Source: Candidatus Marinacidobacterales bacterium
GTDB taxonomy: Bacteria; Acidobacteriota; Vicinamibacteria; Marinacidobacterales; DATDRI01
NCBI GenBank assembly: GCA_965226495.1
Contig: OZ245365.1
Location: forward strand, 5,760,001-5,824,000
DNA length: 64,000 nucleotides
Direction: 5' to 3'
Shown: positions 9,887-18,699 of the stretch, piece after piece
How the letters are laid out: every line of letters starts with the position of its first letter
Position numbering within the stretch: position 1 is the first letter of the stretch
Position numbers and translations under genes: made by a program
The notes under the pieces: model-generated
What the model was told of the DNA's origin: nothing
Seen by the model: only the letters and a program-made list of their open reading frames with translations
Databases searched by the model: none

Positions 9887-10164
9887 GTCCGATCCCTATT
9901 TGGAGTAGCGGAAACATTTTCGCCTCTTCGCCTGTCCGCGTGTTGCCAGCCATACTCGGCGATGGGGCCTACCCCGCGCACGGCAACTTACTGAGGGATT
10001 TCCCTGGTCGGAAACCTGCACTCGACACGAGGGAGGAACGTCCCAACGCGGAGTCAAACCGCTCTGAAGGGGAGCTGACGACCGACCATTTTATCACGGA
10101 TGAAGTTGGTGCGAGCGGGCCAAAACCGTTAGACTTAGAGCCCGGCCGCTGGCCGGATGTTGCT

Positions 10165-11259
10165 ATGAGTAAAGACCCTACGTTTAGGCTCCTTGGAGAA
10201 GCTCCCACTCGCAGCCAGCGTTACAAGGAGTACCGCGGGGAATGGGATCGTCGGGGCGAAGAGCTCGACGAGTCCGACCACCCCGTTCACGTGGACCTGG
10301 AGTCGGTGGCGGTCTGTGACCTCCGCTGCGGGAGCTCCGAGGAGGACCCACAGGGTTTTTGCCAGATCTGGACTCATGAGCATATCCGGACCCAGGGGTT
10401 CGAAGATCACACCTACATGCGCGGCTATATGGACCCGCACCTGTACAACGACTTGCTTCGTCAATGCGCGGACATCGGAGTGAGCTCCGTCAAGCTGAAC
10501 TACCGGGGTGAACCATCGCTACACCCCGAGATCGCCGACTTCGTGGCGCGCGCCGCCGAGCTGGAGTTTCCGGACATTATGATGAACTCCAACGGAAACG
10601 GCCTCGGTCGCAAGAACCCGGATCTATTCGCCGAGATCGTCGAAGCGGGGATTACGGATCTGATGTTCTCGGTGGACGCCTGTGATGAAGAAACCTACCG
10701 TCTTCAGAGGGTAGGCGGGGACTGGGAAGTTCTACTGAACTCGGTACGCCGGGCGGTCGAGACGCGTGCAAGCGGCAAGGCCGCGCCGGATTGTCGGATC
10801 CGCGCCTCTGTCGTCCGGACTCACTTGAACGCGCAAGCCGTGGATAGCGGACGCATGGAAGAATTCTGGAAGGACAAGATGGGGGTCGACTGGATGTCGA
10901 TCAGCGAGTGCTACTTCCCGGCCGGCTCTGAGCATCATTGGAAAGCGGCGCATTGGCGTCAGCTGACCGCCGAAGAGTTCCAATGTACGGATTCCTTTCG
11001 CCGGATGGTGGTGACCTGGGACGGCAAGCACACGATGCCTTGCTGTCAGGGATTCACCCTGGAGATCGACGGTGGCCCAGTGGTCGAAGGAGCCGCGAGC
11101 CCTCATCTAAGCGTCCGCGAAGCCTGGGCGAGTCAGAATTTCGATCGCATGCGCACGGCGCATAGGGAGCGAACATGGGATAAGCCTGGTGCCGAGGGCG
11201 AGTCCATCTGTCGCTCCTGCGCGGTTACCAAAGTCCCGACTCCGATCGAGCTCGATTAA
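10165..11259 (+). CDS. radical SAM protein with C-terminal SPASM/twitch-like domain
   Basis: CDLRC..FC cluster motif, YRGEPSLHP, NSNG, FSVD; C-terminal C..WDG..PCC..CRSC. ATG 10165 chosen because the longer ORF overlaps tolC. Confidence 0.85.
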   Translation: MSKDPTFRLLGEAPTRSQRYKEYRGEWDRRGEELDESDHPVHVDLESVAVCDLRCGSSEEDPQGFCQIWTHEHIRTQGFEDHTYMRGYMDPHLYNDLLRQCADIGVSSVKLNYRGEPSLHPEIADFVARAAELEFPDIMMNSNGNGLGRKNPDLFAEIVEAGITDLMFSVDACDEETYRLQRVGGDWEVLLNSVRRAVETRASGKAAPDCRIRASVVRTHLNAQAVDSGRMEEFWKDKMGVDWMSISECYFPAGSEHHWKAAHWRQLTAEEFQCTDSFRRMVVTWDGKHTMPCCQGFTLEIDGGPVVEGAASPHLSVREAWASQNFDRMRTAHRERTWDKPGAEGESICRSCAVTKVPTPIELD

Positions 11260-11316
11260 AACCTCGGCCAAACTTCCCGCCGCTCCACACCTCATCGTGA
11301 AGAGGAGTAAATAAAC

Positions 11317-12579
11317 ATGAAACTGCGTTTATCGATGCTGTTGGTTTTTCTGTTCCTTGTCGGATCTGTCTACGCGCAAGCCCCATCGGGCGTCACCGTC
11401 TTGCGAGCGGCCCGAATGTTGGACGTCGTCGCGGGCGAGATCGTGACAGATGCCGTTATCGTGATCGAGGGGGAGAGGATTGTCTCCGTCAATCCCTCTT
11501 CGCCACCGACAGGAGCGAAGCTCGTCGACCTTGGTGACGTGACGCTTCTTCCGGGGCTGATGGATTTGCACACCCACCTTGGATATGGCCTCGAGCCGGG
11601 TTTTTGGATGCTCGAAGTTATCGAGGGGCCGGCCGACGTGGCGTACCGAAGTATCGGCAATGCGCGCAAGACGTTGATGGCGGGATTCACCACGGTGCGG
11701 GACTTCGGTGGACAGGTCACGGTGGCTTTGAGCCGGGCGGAAGAAAAAGGCTGGGTCGAGAGTCCTCGGGTCATTCCCTCGCGGAACTCTCTCGGAATTA
11801 CCGGTGGGCATTGCGATGCCACCGGCTTTGCGCCGGGGATTCGCGAGCTGGGACCCGAGGAAGGGATCGCCGACGGTGTCGACGAGGTGGTCGAGGCGGT
11901 TCGCTATCAGATCAAGCACGGAGCGAAGTGGATCAAGACGTGTGCAACGGCGGGCGTCTTGTCCTTCGAGGGACCGGTGGGTGCCCAACAATATTCCTAC
12001 GAGGAGCTCCGGGCGATGGTGGAGGAAGCCGGACGCCACGGGGTCAAAGTGGCAGCGCACGCGCACGGAACGGAAGGCATCATCGCCGCCGTCCGAGCCG
12101 GCGTGGCCTCCATCGAACATGGGTCGATGCTCGACGATGAGGCGATCCTGTTGATGAAGGAGAACGGAACCTACCTCGTGCCGACGACCTACTTGGCCGA
12201 TTCCATCGATCTGGATGCGCTGCCACCCCCCATTCGCGCCAAAGCGGAATATGTGATGCCCATCGCCAAGGAAAGCGTCAGGCGGGCGATTCGATCCGGC
12301 GTCAAAATCGCCTTCGGAACCGACTCAGCAGTCTATCCACACGGCGAGAACCCCCGGGAGTTCATCTCCTTGGTCGATCGCGGGATGAGTCCGCTGGAGG
12401 CGCTCCGCACAGCCACACTCTATGCTGCCGATCTTCTGGGCCTCGAGGACCGAGGTGTCATCGAGGCCGGACGCCTGGCGGATCTGGTGGCGGTGCCTGG
12501 CGACCCCACGCAGCGGATCGAGGTGATGGAAGACGTGCGGTTCGTGATGAAGGGTGGCGAGGTTCATAAGAGCCCCTGA
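11317..12579 (+). CDS. secreted amidohydrolase (Xaa-Pro dipeptidase/prolidase-like)
   Basis: Signal peptide, PGLMDLHTH, AAHAHG, SIEHG, FGTD, GRLADLVAV; RBS GAGGAG. Confidence 0.92.
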   Translation: MKLRLSMLLVFLFLVGSVYAQAPSGVTVLRAARMLDVVAGEIVTDAVIVIEGERIVSVNPSSPPTGAKLVDLGDVTLLPGLMDLHTHLGYGLEPGFWMLEVIEGPADVAYRSIGNARKTLMAGFTTVRDFGGQVTVALSRAEEKGWVESPRVIPSRNSLGITGGHCDATGFAPGIRELGPEEGIADGVDEVVEAVRYQIKHGAKWIKTCATAGVLSFEGPVGAQQYSYEELRAMVEEAGRHGVKVAAHAHGTEGIIAAVRAGVASIEHGSMLDDEAILLMKENGTYLVPTTYLADSIDLDALPPPIRAKAEYVMPIAKESVRRAIRSGVKIAFGTDSAVYPHGENPREFISLVDRGMSPLEALRTATLYAADLLGLEDRGVIEAGRLADLVAVPGDPTQRIEVMEDVRFVMKGGEVHKSP

Positions 12580-12884
12580 GCGAGGCCCCAACTTTATTCG
12601 ACCGGACGGCGATTTTGCCTGAGAAGCAGCCGCTCTACGGCCCGTATTTTCCACATATCCTAATCTGGGCCCATCCGGCAAAGTTCAATCCAGACAGGCA
12701 CTTGCCCGGTCAAATCGGAACCCCCTAAAGTTTTCCACAGAGATTTCCACAGGGCGCTGGAACCACGCAATTTTGGAGGGTTTAGCGCCTCTGGTGGCCC
12801 CGGAAGCAATATGGTATAGCAGGTGACAGGACGGGCTTCACGAGCTGTAGGGCAGTAGGCGGTGAGGTGAGGAGGCAACGGCAA

Positions 12885-15032
12885 ATGAAACCAGCGGTAC
12901 TTTTCGCAGCCGTGCTTTATGTTTCTGGCGCTAGTGGTATAGCGTTCGCACAATCTTCGACACTTATTGACGACCGGTCGTTCAAGGCGCTCATCGACGA
13001 GAGTTCGGGCGAGATGGGGCTGGTTCACTTCGGGAAATTGCTCGCGTTTTCGGGTTACGCCCCGTCGCGAGGAGCCGAACAAATCGCGGAATACCTGGCT
13101 GAGCAGGCAAGAGCCTCCGGGCTATCCAACGTCCACATCGAGAAGTTTCCGTCAGATGGGAAGCTCTTCTATTGGGCGTTTCGGTCGGAACCATGGTGGG
13201 AAGCCAAGAGGGCAGAGCTTTGGCTCGTCGAGCCGGAACGAAAGAGGGTCGCGAGCTTCGATGCATATCGGGGCTACTTAGCCCGGTTTAGTCGCAGTGC
13301 GGACGTCACCACCGAGCTCGTGGATGTGGGAGCCGGCACCTCCTCGTCGGACTACGAGGGCAAGGCGGTGGCAGGCAGAATTGTTCTCGCCTCTGGCAGC
13401 GCCGGCGAGGTTCACCGCCGCGCGGTTTGGGAGAACAAAGCGGCGGGCGTTTTGGTTTACCGCGTTCAGAACCACTACGATGAGCCGGACCTGATCCGCT
13501 CGGCCTCTCTCGATCACCGGGATGGACCGAACGGCGAGCCTCCCGCTTTCGCGTTCTCCATTTCTTATCGTGCCGGCCGGGGGCTTTCCGAGCGGCTACG
13601 AGCAGGAGAACGGCTCGTCGTGCGCGCCGAGGTGGACACCGAGACGCGACTAGACGGTTACTACCCGCAGGTCCACGCGACGATTCCAGGCACCGAGCCA
13701 GGTCTACCCGCGGTTTGGATCCAAGCTCACAACAACTATCGAAGCTCAGCGGGAGGCAACAACCTGACCGGCGTGGGGGCGACGGTAGATTTGGCCCGGA
13801 CTCTCGCTTCTCTCATTGCCGATGGCAAACTCCCGAGGCCTCGCCGCAACATCCATTTCATTTGGGGTGCGGAGCACAAGGCCATCATCTATTACTTTTA
13901 TCAGAACCCGGATGCGATTCCGTCGGTGCTAGCGCTTCTCAACTTAGACATGGTGGGTGACCACCAGGAGCTCAGCAAGTCGATACTCCGACTCTACCGG
14001 ACCCCTTATTCCACGCCTTCGTTCGTCAACGATGTCGTCCAGGAGATGTTCGAAACCGTGGCGGCTGGCAATACGACCTCACTCCCGCATCGGGGAGTCC
14101 AGTTCCTTCTGCCAATACTGGAACCATCCGGGAGTCGCGATCAGTTTTTCTACAAGATCGAAGAGTTCTGGGGACCGAGCGATCACGAGGACGTCACGCC
14201 ACTCGGTATTCATGCGGTGTTGCTCAACACCTGGCCCGATCCGTACATCGGGACGAATAAGGATACGAAAGAGCGCGCCGACGCAACGCAAATGAAGCGC
14301 GCCACCGTTATCGCCGGTGCGTCTGCGTACATTCTCGCCAACGCGGGCCCCCGGGAAATACCCGTGCTTGTTCAAAACGCACTGGGCAAAGCCCGGACGC
14401 GCCTCGCGGAGGAGGAACGCCGTGCCATGGATCTCCTGTGGCAATCGTCCTCTAAGGATCCCCAAGAGGATCTCCGGGAGGCGGCCAACATTGTCGCTCG
14501 AGGCTACGAGCGCGAGGTCAAGGCGCTCGAGAGTCTCGACGCCTTCGCTGTCGGAGACGAACGTGCCCGCGACTACATTAACGACAACCTGAACGAGCTA
14601 TCGGGAGGGGAGCCGGCTGCGCAGGATCGGCTCCAGAGACATGGCCGCGCGGTTGCTCGTTCCCGGGGAGTCGTTTTCCAAGAGCCCGGGACGCGCCATG
14701 TTCAAGGGGTGGCACTTCTCGTCCCGGTTCGAAATCCCGAAATCAAAGGGCCGGTAAGCGTCACCAGCGCGCAATACGGGCGAGATTGGCTAGCTGAGAA
14801 GCTCTCCGATCCTACGGTCTTGGACGAAGTGCAGTTGGCAGAACGAGGGCGCTACTACGCCTTCGAGACCCTCAACTTGGCCGACGGGAAAAGGAATCTT
14901 CAGGAGATTCGGGACGCGGTGGCGGCAGAGTACGGGCCGGCTCCTCTGGACGAAGTGGAGCAGTATTTTCGCGTGCTCGAACAGGCAGGCGTTGTCGAGC
15001 TTCGGGAGCCTGGTCGAGGAACTTCGAGATAG
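12885..15032 (+). CDS. secreted M28-like peptidase with PA domain (DUF4910-like C-terminus)
   Basis: RBS AGGAGG, signal peptide, PA domain (VDVGAG..DYEGKAVAGRIVL), LNLDMVG, SDH. Confidence 0.75.
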   Translation: MKPAVLFAAVLYVSGASGIAFAQSSTLIDDRSFKALIDESSGEMGLVHFGKLLAFSGYAPSRGAEQIAEYLAEQARASGLSNVHIEKFPSDGKLFYWAFRSEPWWEAKRAELWLVEPERKRVASFDAYRGYLARFSRSADVTTELVDVGAGTSSSDYEGKAVAGRIVLASGSAGEVHRRAVWENKAAGVLVYRVQNHYDEPDLIRSASLDHRDGPNGEPPAFAFSISYRAGRGLSERLRAGERLVVRAEVDTETRLDGYYPQVHATIPGTEPGLPAVWIQAHNNYRSSAGGNNLTGVGATVDLARTLASLIADGKLPRPRRNIHFIWGAEHKAIIYYFYQNPDAIPSVLALLNLDMVGDHQELSKSILRLYRTPYSTPSFVNDVVQEMFETVAAGNTTSLPHRGVQFLLPILEPSGSRDQFFYKIEEFWGPSDHEDVTPLGIHAVLLNTWPDPYIGTNKDTKERADATQMKRATVIAGASAYILANAGPREIPVLVQNALGKARTRLAEEERRAMDLLWQSSSKDPQEDLREAANIVARGYEREVKALESLDAFAVGDERARDYINDNLNELSGGEPAAQDRLQRHGRAVARSRGVVFQEPGTRHVQGVALLVPVRNPEIKGPVSVTSAQYGRDWLAEKLSDPTVLDEVQLAERGRYYAFETLNLADGKRNLQEIRDAVAAEYGPAPLDEVEQYFRVLEQAGVVELREPGRGTSR

Positions 15033-15040
15033 GCGTGTGC

Positions 15041-16102
15041 CTAGAGCCGGATTCCCAAGAGCGAAACGACGTTCGAGATCTTGTTGGCGATGGTGACACC
15101 GTCGCCGCCAGCGAAGAGTAGCCCTCCCATCACATTGTCTTCGGTCACGATCGCCGAGCCGGAATCGCCTCCAGCGGAAAAATCTCCGGTATCGGCTCTG
15201 ATGACAAGCTGATCGTTGAAAGTGGCGTTGCCCTTTCCCGCACCGTAATTGACGATACTCTCCGCTCCCACCACCTCCACCATGCCGGTGGTGTGCTCCG
15301 TGGTTCGCCCCGTCTTCTGGACGCGGTCGCCGAGCTGCAAGTCTGCGATCCCCTGGATCTCGCCGATAACCGGCATGTCGAGGTCCACGTTGCTCTCTAG
15401 CATGACCTGAGCAATTGCCGCGTCGACCAAATTGGGGTGAGGCTGGTCGATCAGATTCGGTCGTGCCACCACCAAGCGGTAAGGACAATCCATCAAACGT
15501 GCCAGGAAGTTGGCGGGCCACTTCCATGCCCTCCACGCGAACGAAGAGCTCGACTTTTTACCGCCGTTTCCGTTCCCTTCGTCGTCGAAGCGGATCCGGA
15601 CGTACTCAGTCAACCGAGCGATGCGATCGTCATCGGTACCACCGTCGGCGCGGCCCGGCTGTCGGATGAGGACGCCGAGGGTCGTGTCATTCGAATTGGC
15701 GATAACGTGGTTGTTGGAAAGAATGTAGTGCTCGTCACCGGTGCCGCGTTTGACCCATGCACCCAGCGTGCCTGCGGTCACCTCGGGGTGTCCGACGGAA
15801 TAACCGGGAGGGCAAGGACGCCGCCTTTGGGTAAGCGACAACGTCGTTTGGTGCGGTTTTAGCTCGCCGTATTCGATGACGTCGGTGGCGACACCGTTCA
15901 CGGACTCCGGGACCAATTGCCCAGCCGGGACTTCCTCCGCGGAGAGCTTCTTCCTCACCCCAACGACAATGCAAACCTCGTCGGTGCGCTTACCGCTGCG
16001 GTAGCGATAGCCGACCCCAACCGAGACGACTCCCGGATTTCCCTTGAGTGCTTTCTGTGCGGTATCGCACGCTTCTTTTTGATGCTTCGTGATCTGTGGC
16101 AT
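15041..16102 (-). CDS. trypsin-like (S1, NAL1-like) serine protease
   Basis: Catalytic motifs SNNHV, VDAAIA, GDSGS; KTGRTTEHT; N-terminal NPGVVSVGVG..TDVIE domain. Confidence 0.85.
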   Translation of the reverse strand: MPQITKHQKEACDTAQKALKGNPGVVSVGVGYRYRSGKRTDEVCIVVGVRKKLSAEEVPAGQLVPESVNGVATDVIEYGELKPHQTTLSLTQRRRPCPPGYSVGHPEVTAGTLGAWVKRGTGDEHYILSNNHVIANSNDTTLGVLIRQPGRADGGTDDDRIARLTEYVRIRFDDEGNGNGGKKSSSSFAWRAWKWPANFLARLMDCPYRLVVARPNLIDQPHPNLVDAAIAQVMLESNVDLDMPVIGEIQGIADLQLGDRVQKTGRTTEHTTGMVEVVGAESIVNYGAGKGNATFNDQLVIRADTGDFSAGGDSGSAIVTEDNVMGGLLFAGGDGVTIANKISNVVSLLGIRL

Positions 16103-16220
16103 TCCTACCTCCCTTGGCGCACGGGCATGCCTTCAGCAAGAACGATCGGGCAGTGGACTAACCTACTCGAAGGTCCGCGTTCACAGATAGGATAAGGATC
16201 ACACTTAGTCGTCACCCGTT

Positions 16221-16820
16221 CTATTTCAAAGACTTGATGTAGTCCTTGGTGGCGTCGGCGTTGGTGGTTTGGCCGCTTGTTTTCAGCTTGGACATCGCGT
16301 CGTCGCTCATGTCGAGGCCTAGGTAGTTGATCTGGTTCTTCAAGTCGGTGAGAAATTTATTGTAATGTTCACCGGCTTTGCCGGCGGCGGCGGTAATCTC
16401 GCCGAAACGGGAACGGGTCTTATCGAGGTTCTCTTTCGCAGCGGCTTGCAACTGAGGGTCCGTGATCCTCGCAAGACCCGTCGACCACTCGCTGAAGAAC
16501 TTGCTCGCTTCCTTCCGCATCTCGTCGTTGCGCCTGCTGAGCTCGCCAACGTTCTTTTCTGTTTTTTTCAGCTCATCGTTAAGCTTCTTGTATTCTTTTT
16601 GACGGTCCTTGACGTTCTTCTTTTTGAGGAGGTCGTTGTACTTCTTAACCGTTTTGTCCAGCTGCTTTTCCGTTTTTTTGATCTCTTCGACTGTCTTTTC
16701 TGCTCGCTTGATGAGATTCTTGCTGATCTTCTGTGCTTTGGCCTGAGCCCAGAGCGCCTGCGGCTGGGATGCTAGCGCGAACGGTAGCACTAGGACGAAT
16801 GCCAATTGCCGTGCGGTCAT
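16221..16820 (-). CDS. secreted Lys-rich coiled-coil protein (DUF2959-like)
   Basis: Signal peptide; helical pattern FFSEW..ITDPQL..FLTDLKNQINYLGLD; RBS GGAG. Confidence 0.6.
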   Translation of the reverse strand: MTARQLAFVLVLPFALASQPQALWAQAKAQKISKNLIKRAEKTVEEIKKTEKQLDKTVKKYNDLLKKKNVKDRQKEYKKLNDELKKTEKNVGELSRRNDEMRKEASKFFSEWSTGLARITDPQLQAAAKENLDKTRSRFGEITAAAGKAGEHYNKFLTDLKNQINYLGLDMSDDAMSKLKTSGQTTNADATKDYIKSLK

Positions 16821-16959
16821 AATTATCTCCATGTCTTGTTAGCCGGGGAGGAACGATCCCCGAGAAGATCCCCAAGCTAATACCAACGAAAGACGGGGAA
16901 AACAAGTGAGAGCGTGGTGTCCTCTCCAGGGTGGCACGGATCCGGCGGCGGGAGTAAGA

Positions 16960-18534
16960 ATGGTCGGGAACGTGAAGCCGTCAAAGCTAGATCCACGAAT
17001 CGACGACACCAAGGAGTCAGAAGCATATCTCTCCCGACCGGTCGACAAGCGGGATGCTCTGATCATCTTTGCCTTGTTGGGTTTGTCGATACTCGCCACG
17101 CTTAGCGTCGGCGACAAGACTTACGATGACGCCTTCATCACCTTTCGTTACGCAAGAAACCTGGCCTCGGGTGAGGGTTTCGTTTACAACCCCGGCGAGG
17201 GCTTCCTAGGCACGACCACCCCTCTTTTCACCATGGCGTTGGCGCTATCCGGGCGCCTACTTCCGGGAGTGGCCATTCCACAGATGGGGCAGTGGCTGAG
17301 TGGAGCATCACTCTTTTTCTGCGGCTTGTTCGTTTATCTACTAGGGCGGGACGACGGCATTCCAGCGGCCGGTTCGGTGGCGGCGTTGTTGACTGTGACC
17401 CATCCCCTTTTTCTCGACGTTTGGGGAGGCGAGGCGCTTCTTCTCCTCGCCGCTGTGTTGGCGGGGTTTTTCTTCTATTTTCGAGAACAGCAAGTGCTTT
17501 GCGGTGCGGTGCTCGGGCTGGCCTTCCTGACGCGGGGAGAAGGCGTGCTTCCGGCCCTTGTGCTTTCCACGCACTTCTTCATCGTAAACAAGAGATTCCC
17601 TTGGCGGGCCGCGCTTGCTTGGGGAGCGATCGTTATCCCTTGGGTCGCGTTCTCGATCGTTTCCTTCGGCTCTCCCCTTCCCGCTACTTTACAAGCAAAG
17701 CTGGCCCAAATGGACTCCGGCTACTTCGCACCTTTTCTGACCACATCACTGCGGTGGCTTTTGGCATACGCTATCCCCAATCCCGATCTGCCTCTGAGCT
17801 CGAGCCATACCAATCTGGTCGTTTTCGTGTTCGCCGCATTGGGTGGTATATACCTGATGGTCCATCCCCGGTTTCGATGGTGGGGCATCATGGCCTGGCT
17901 GGGGTCGTATGTGGTTGGGTATTCGTTGCTAGGGGTTCCCTTCTATCACTGGTACGCAGCACCCTTGGCGCTCGGGGGGGCGATTCTGGCAGGGCTGGGC
18001 GCTCAGCTGCTTCTCGATTTGATAGAGCGGTTCCTGCGTCCCTTGGGACGCGGAATCGGAGTGACAGCACGAGTCCTCTTCGTTCTCATATTGGCCCTAC
18101 CTGTGGCGAGTGCAATGATGCGTCTCAGGGATTACCGCATTCGTCCCATTTCCCAGGTGCAACGCTTATACACGAACGCCGGACTTTGGCTGCAGGAACA
18201 TACCCCACCCACGACGACGGTCGGTTACTTCGAAATTGGGTTCGTTGGGTACTATTCCCAGCGGCCGTTGGTTGACGCGGTTGGCCTGATTAACCGAGGC
18301 GTCCCAGAACGAGTAGCCGACGGTAACTTCAAGTGGGCGTATCTGCATTATCGGCCCGATTACCTCATCATCAATCCCGTGCGTTGGTACGATCGTATCG
18401 GGAACATCCGGGATGAGGCGTGGTTCGCTGACGCTTACCGCCAAGTAGCAACCATCGAGGAACCAGGTTATTTCGACGCTCCCCTAACGATTTATGAAAA
18501 GGTGAACGACACAGCCATTCCTCATGCCCGCTAA
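16960..18534 (+). CDS. GT-C type multi-pass membrane glycosyltransferase
   Basis: DDAFITFRYARNLASGEGFVYNPGE motif, TRGEG, many TM segments, IGFVGYYS..DAVGL. Start uncertain. Confidence 0.75.
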   Translation: MVGNVKPSKLDPRIDDTKESEAYLSRPVDKRDALIIFALLGLSILATLSVGDKTYDDAFITFRYARNLASGEGFVYNPGEGFLGTTTPLFTMALALSGRLLPGVAIPQMGQWLSGASLFFCGLFVYLLGRDDGIPAAGSVAALLTVTHPLFLDVWGGEALLLLAAVLAGFFFYFREQQVLCGAVLGLAFLTRGEGVLPALVLSTHFFIVNKRFPWRAALAWGAIVIPWVAFSIVSFGSPLPATLQAKLAQMDSGYFAPFLTTSLRWLLAYAIPNPDLPLSSSHTNLVVFVFAALGGIYLMVHPRFRWWGIMAWLGSYVVGYSLLGVPFYHWYAAPLALGGAILAGLGAQLLLDLIERFLRPLGRGIGVTARVLFVLILALPVASAMMRLRDYRIRPISQVQRLYTNAGLWLQEHTPPTTTVGYFEIGFVGYYSQRPLVDAVGLINRGVPERVADGNFKWAYLHYRPDYLIINPVRWYDRIGNIRDEAWFADAYRQVATIEEPGYFDAPLTIYEKVNDTAIPHAR

Positions 18535-18699
18535 CAAACTCCGCTATTCGTCCTGCCAGCGCGGGACCTCCGCTTCGCAAATGGAGCTTTTTGCATCTGA
18601 GCAATAGTATATGGAGAGCAGATTCGCATGACGAGGAGTGGCTGAAGGAAGTAGGACCGGCGACTTTGCCGAGTCCAGATGAGAACAGGAGATCGCACG

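Noticed and set aside
9955-10090. fluoride riboswitch-like fragments (GGCGATGG; AAACCGCT..AGCTGACGAC)
   Set aside because: The pieces are too far apart, no P1 stem or pseudoknot can be drawn, and the downstream gene is not fluoride-related.
9838-10164. N-terminal extensions in the ORF track (radical SAM, and likewise rph, hslU, amiC, BCCP, TPR genes)
   Set aside because: They overlap neighbouring genes or lack family features; downstream starts fit better.
17292-18275. 327-aa alternative-frame ORF, and the many other overlapping Arg/Ser-rich ORFs
   Set aside because: Typical high-GC shadow ORFs inside well-supported genes; no motifs.
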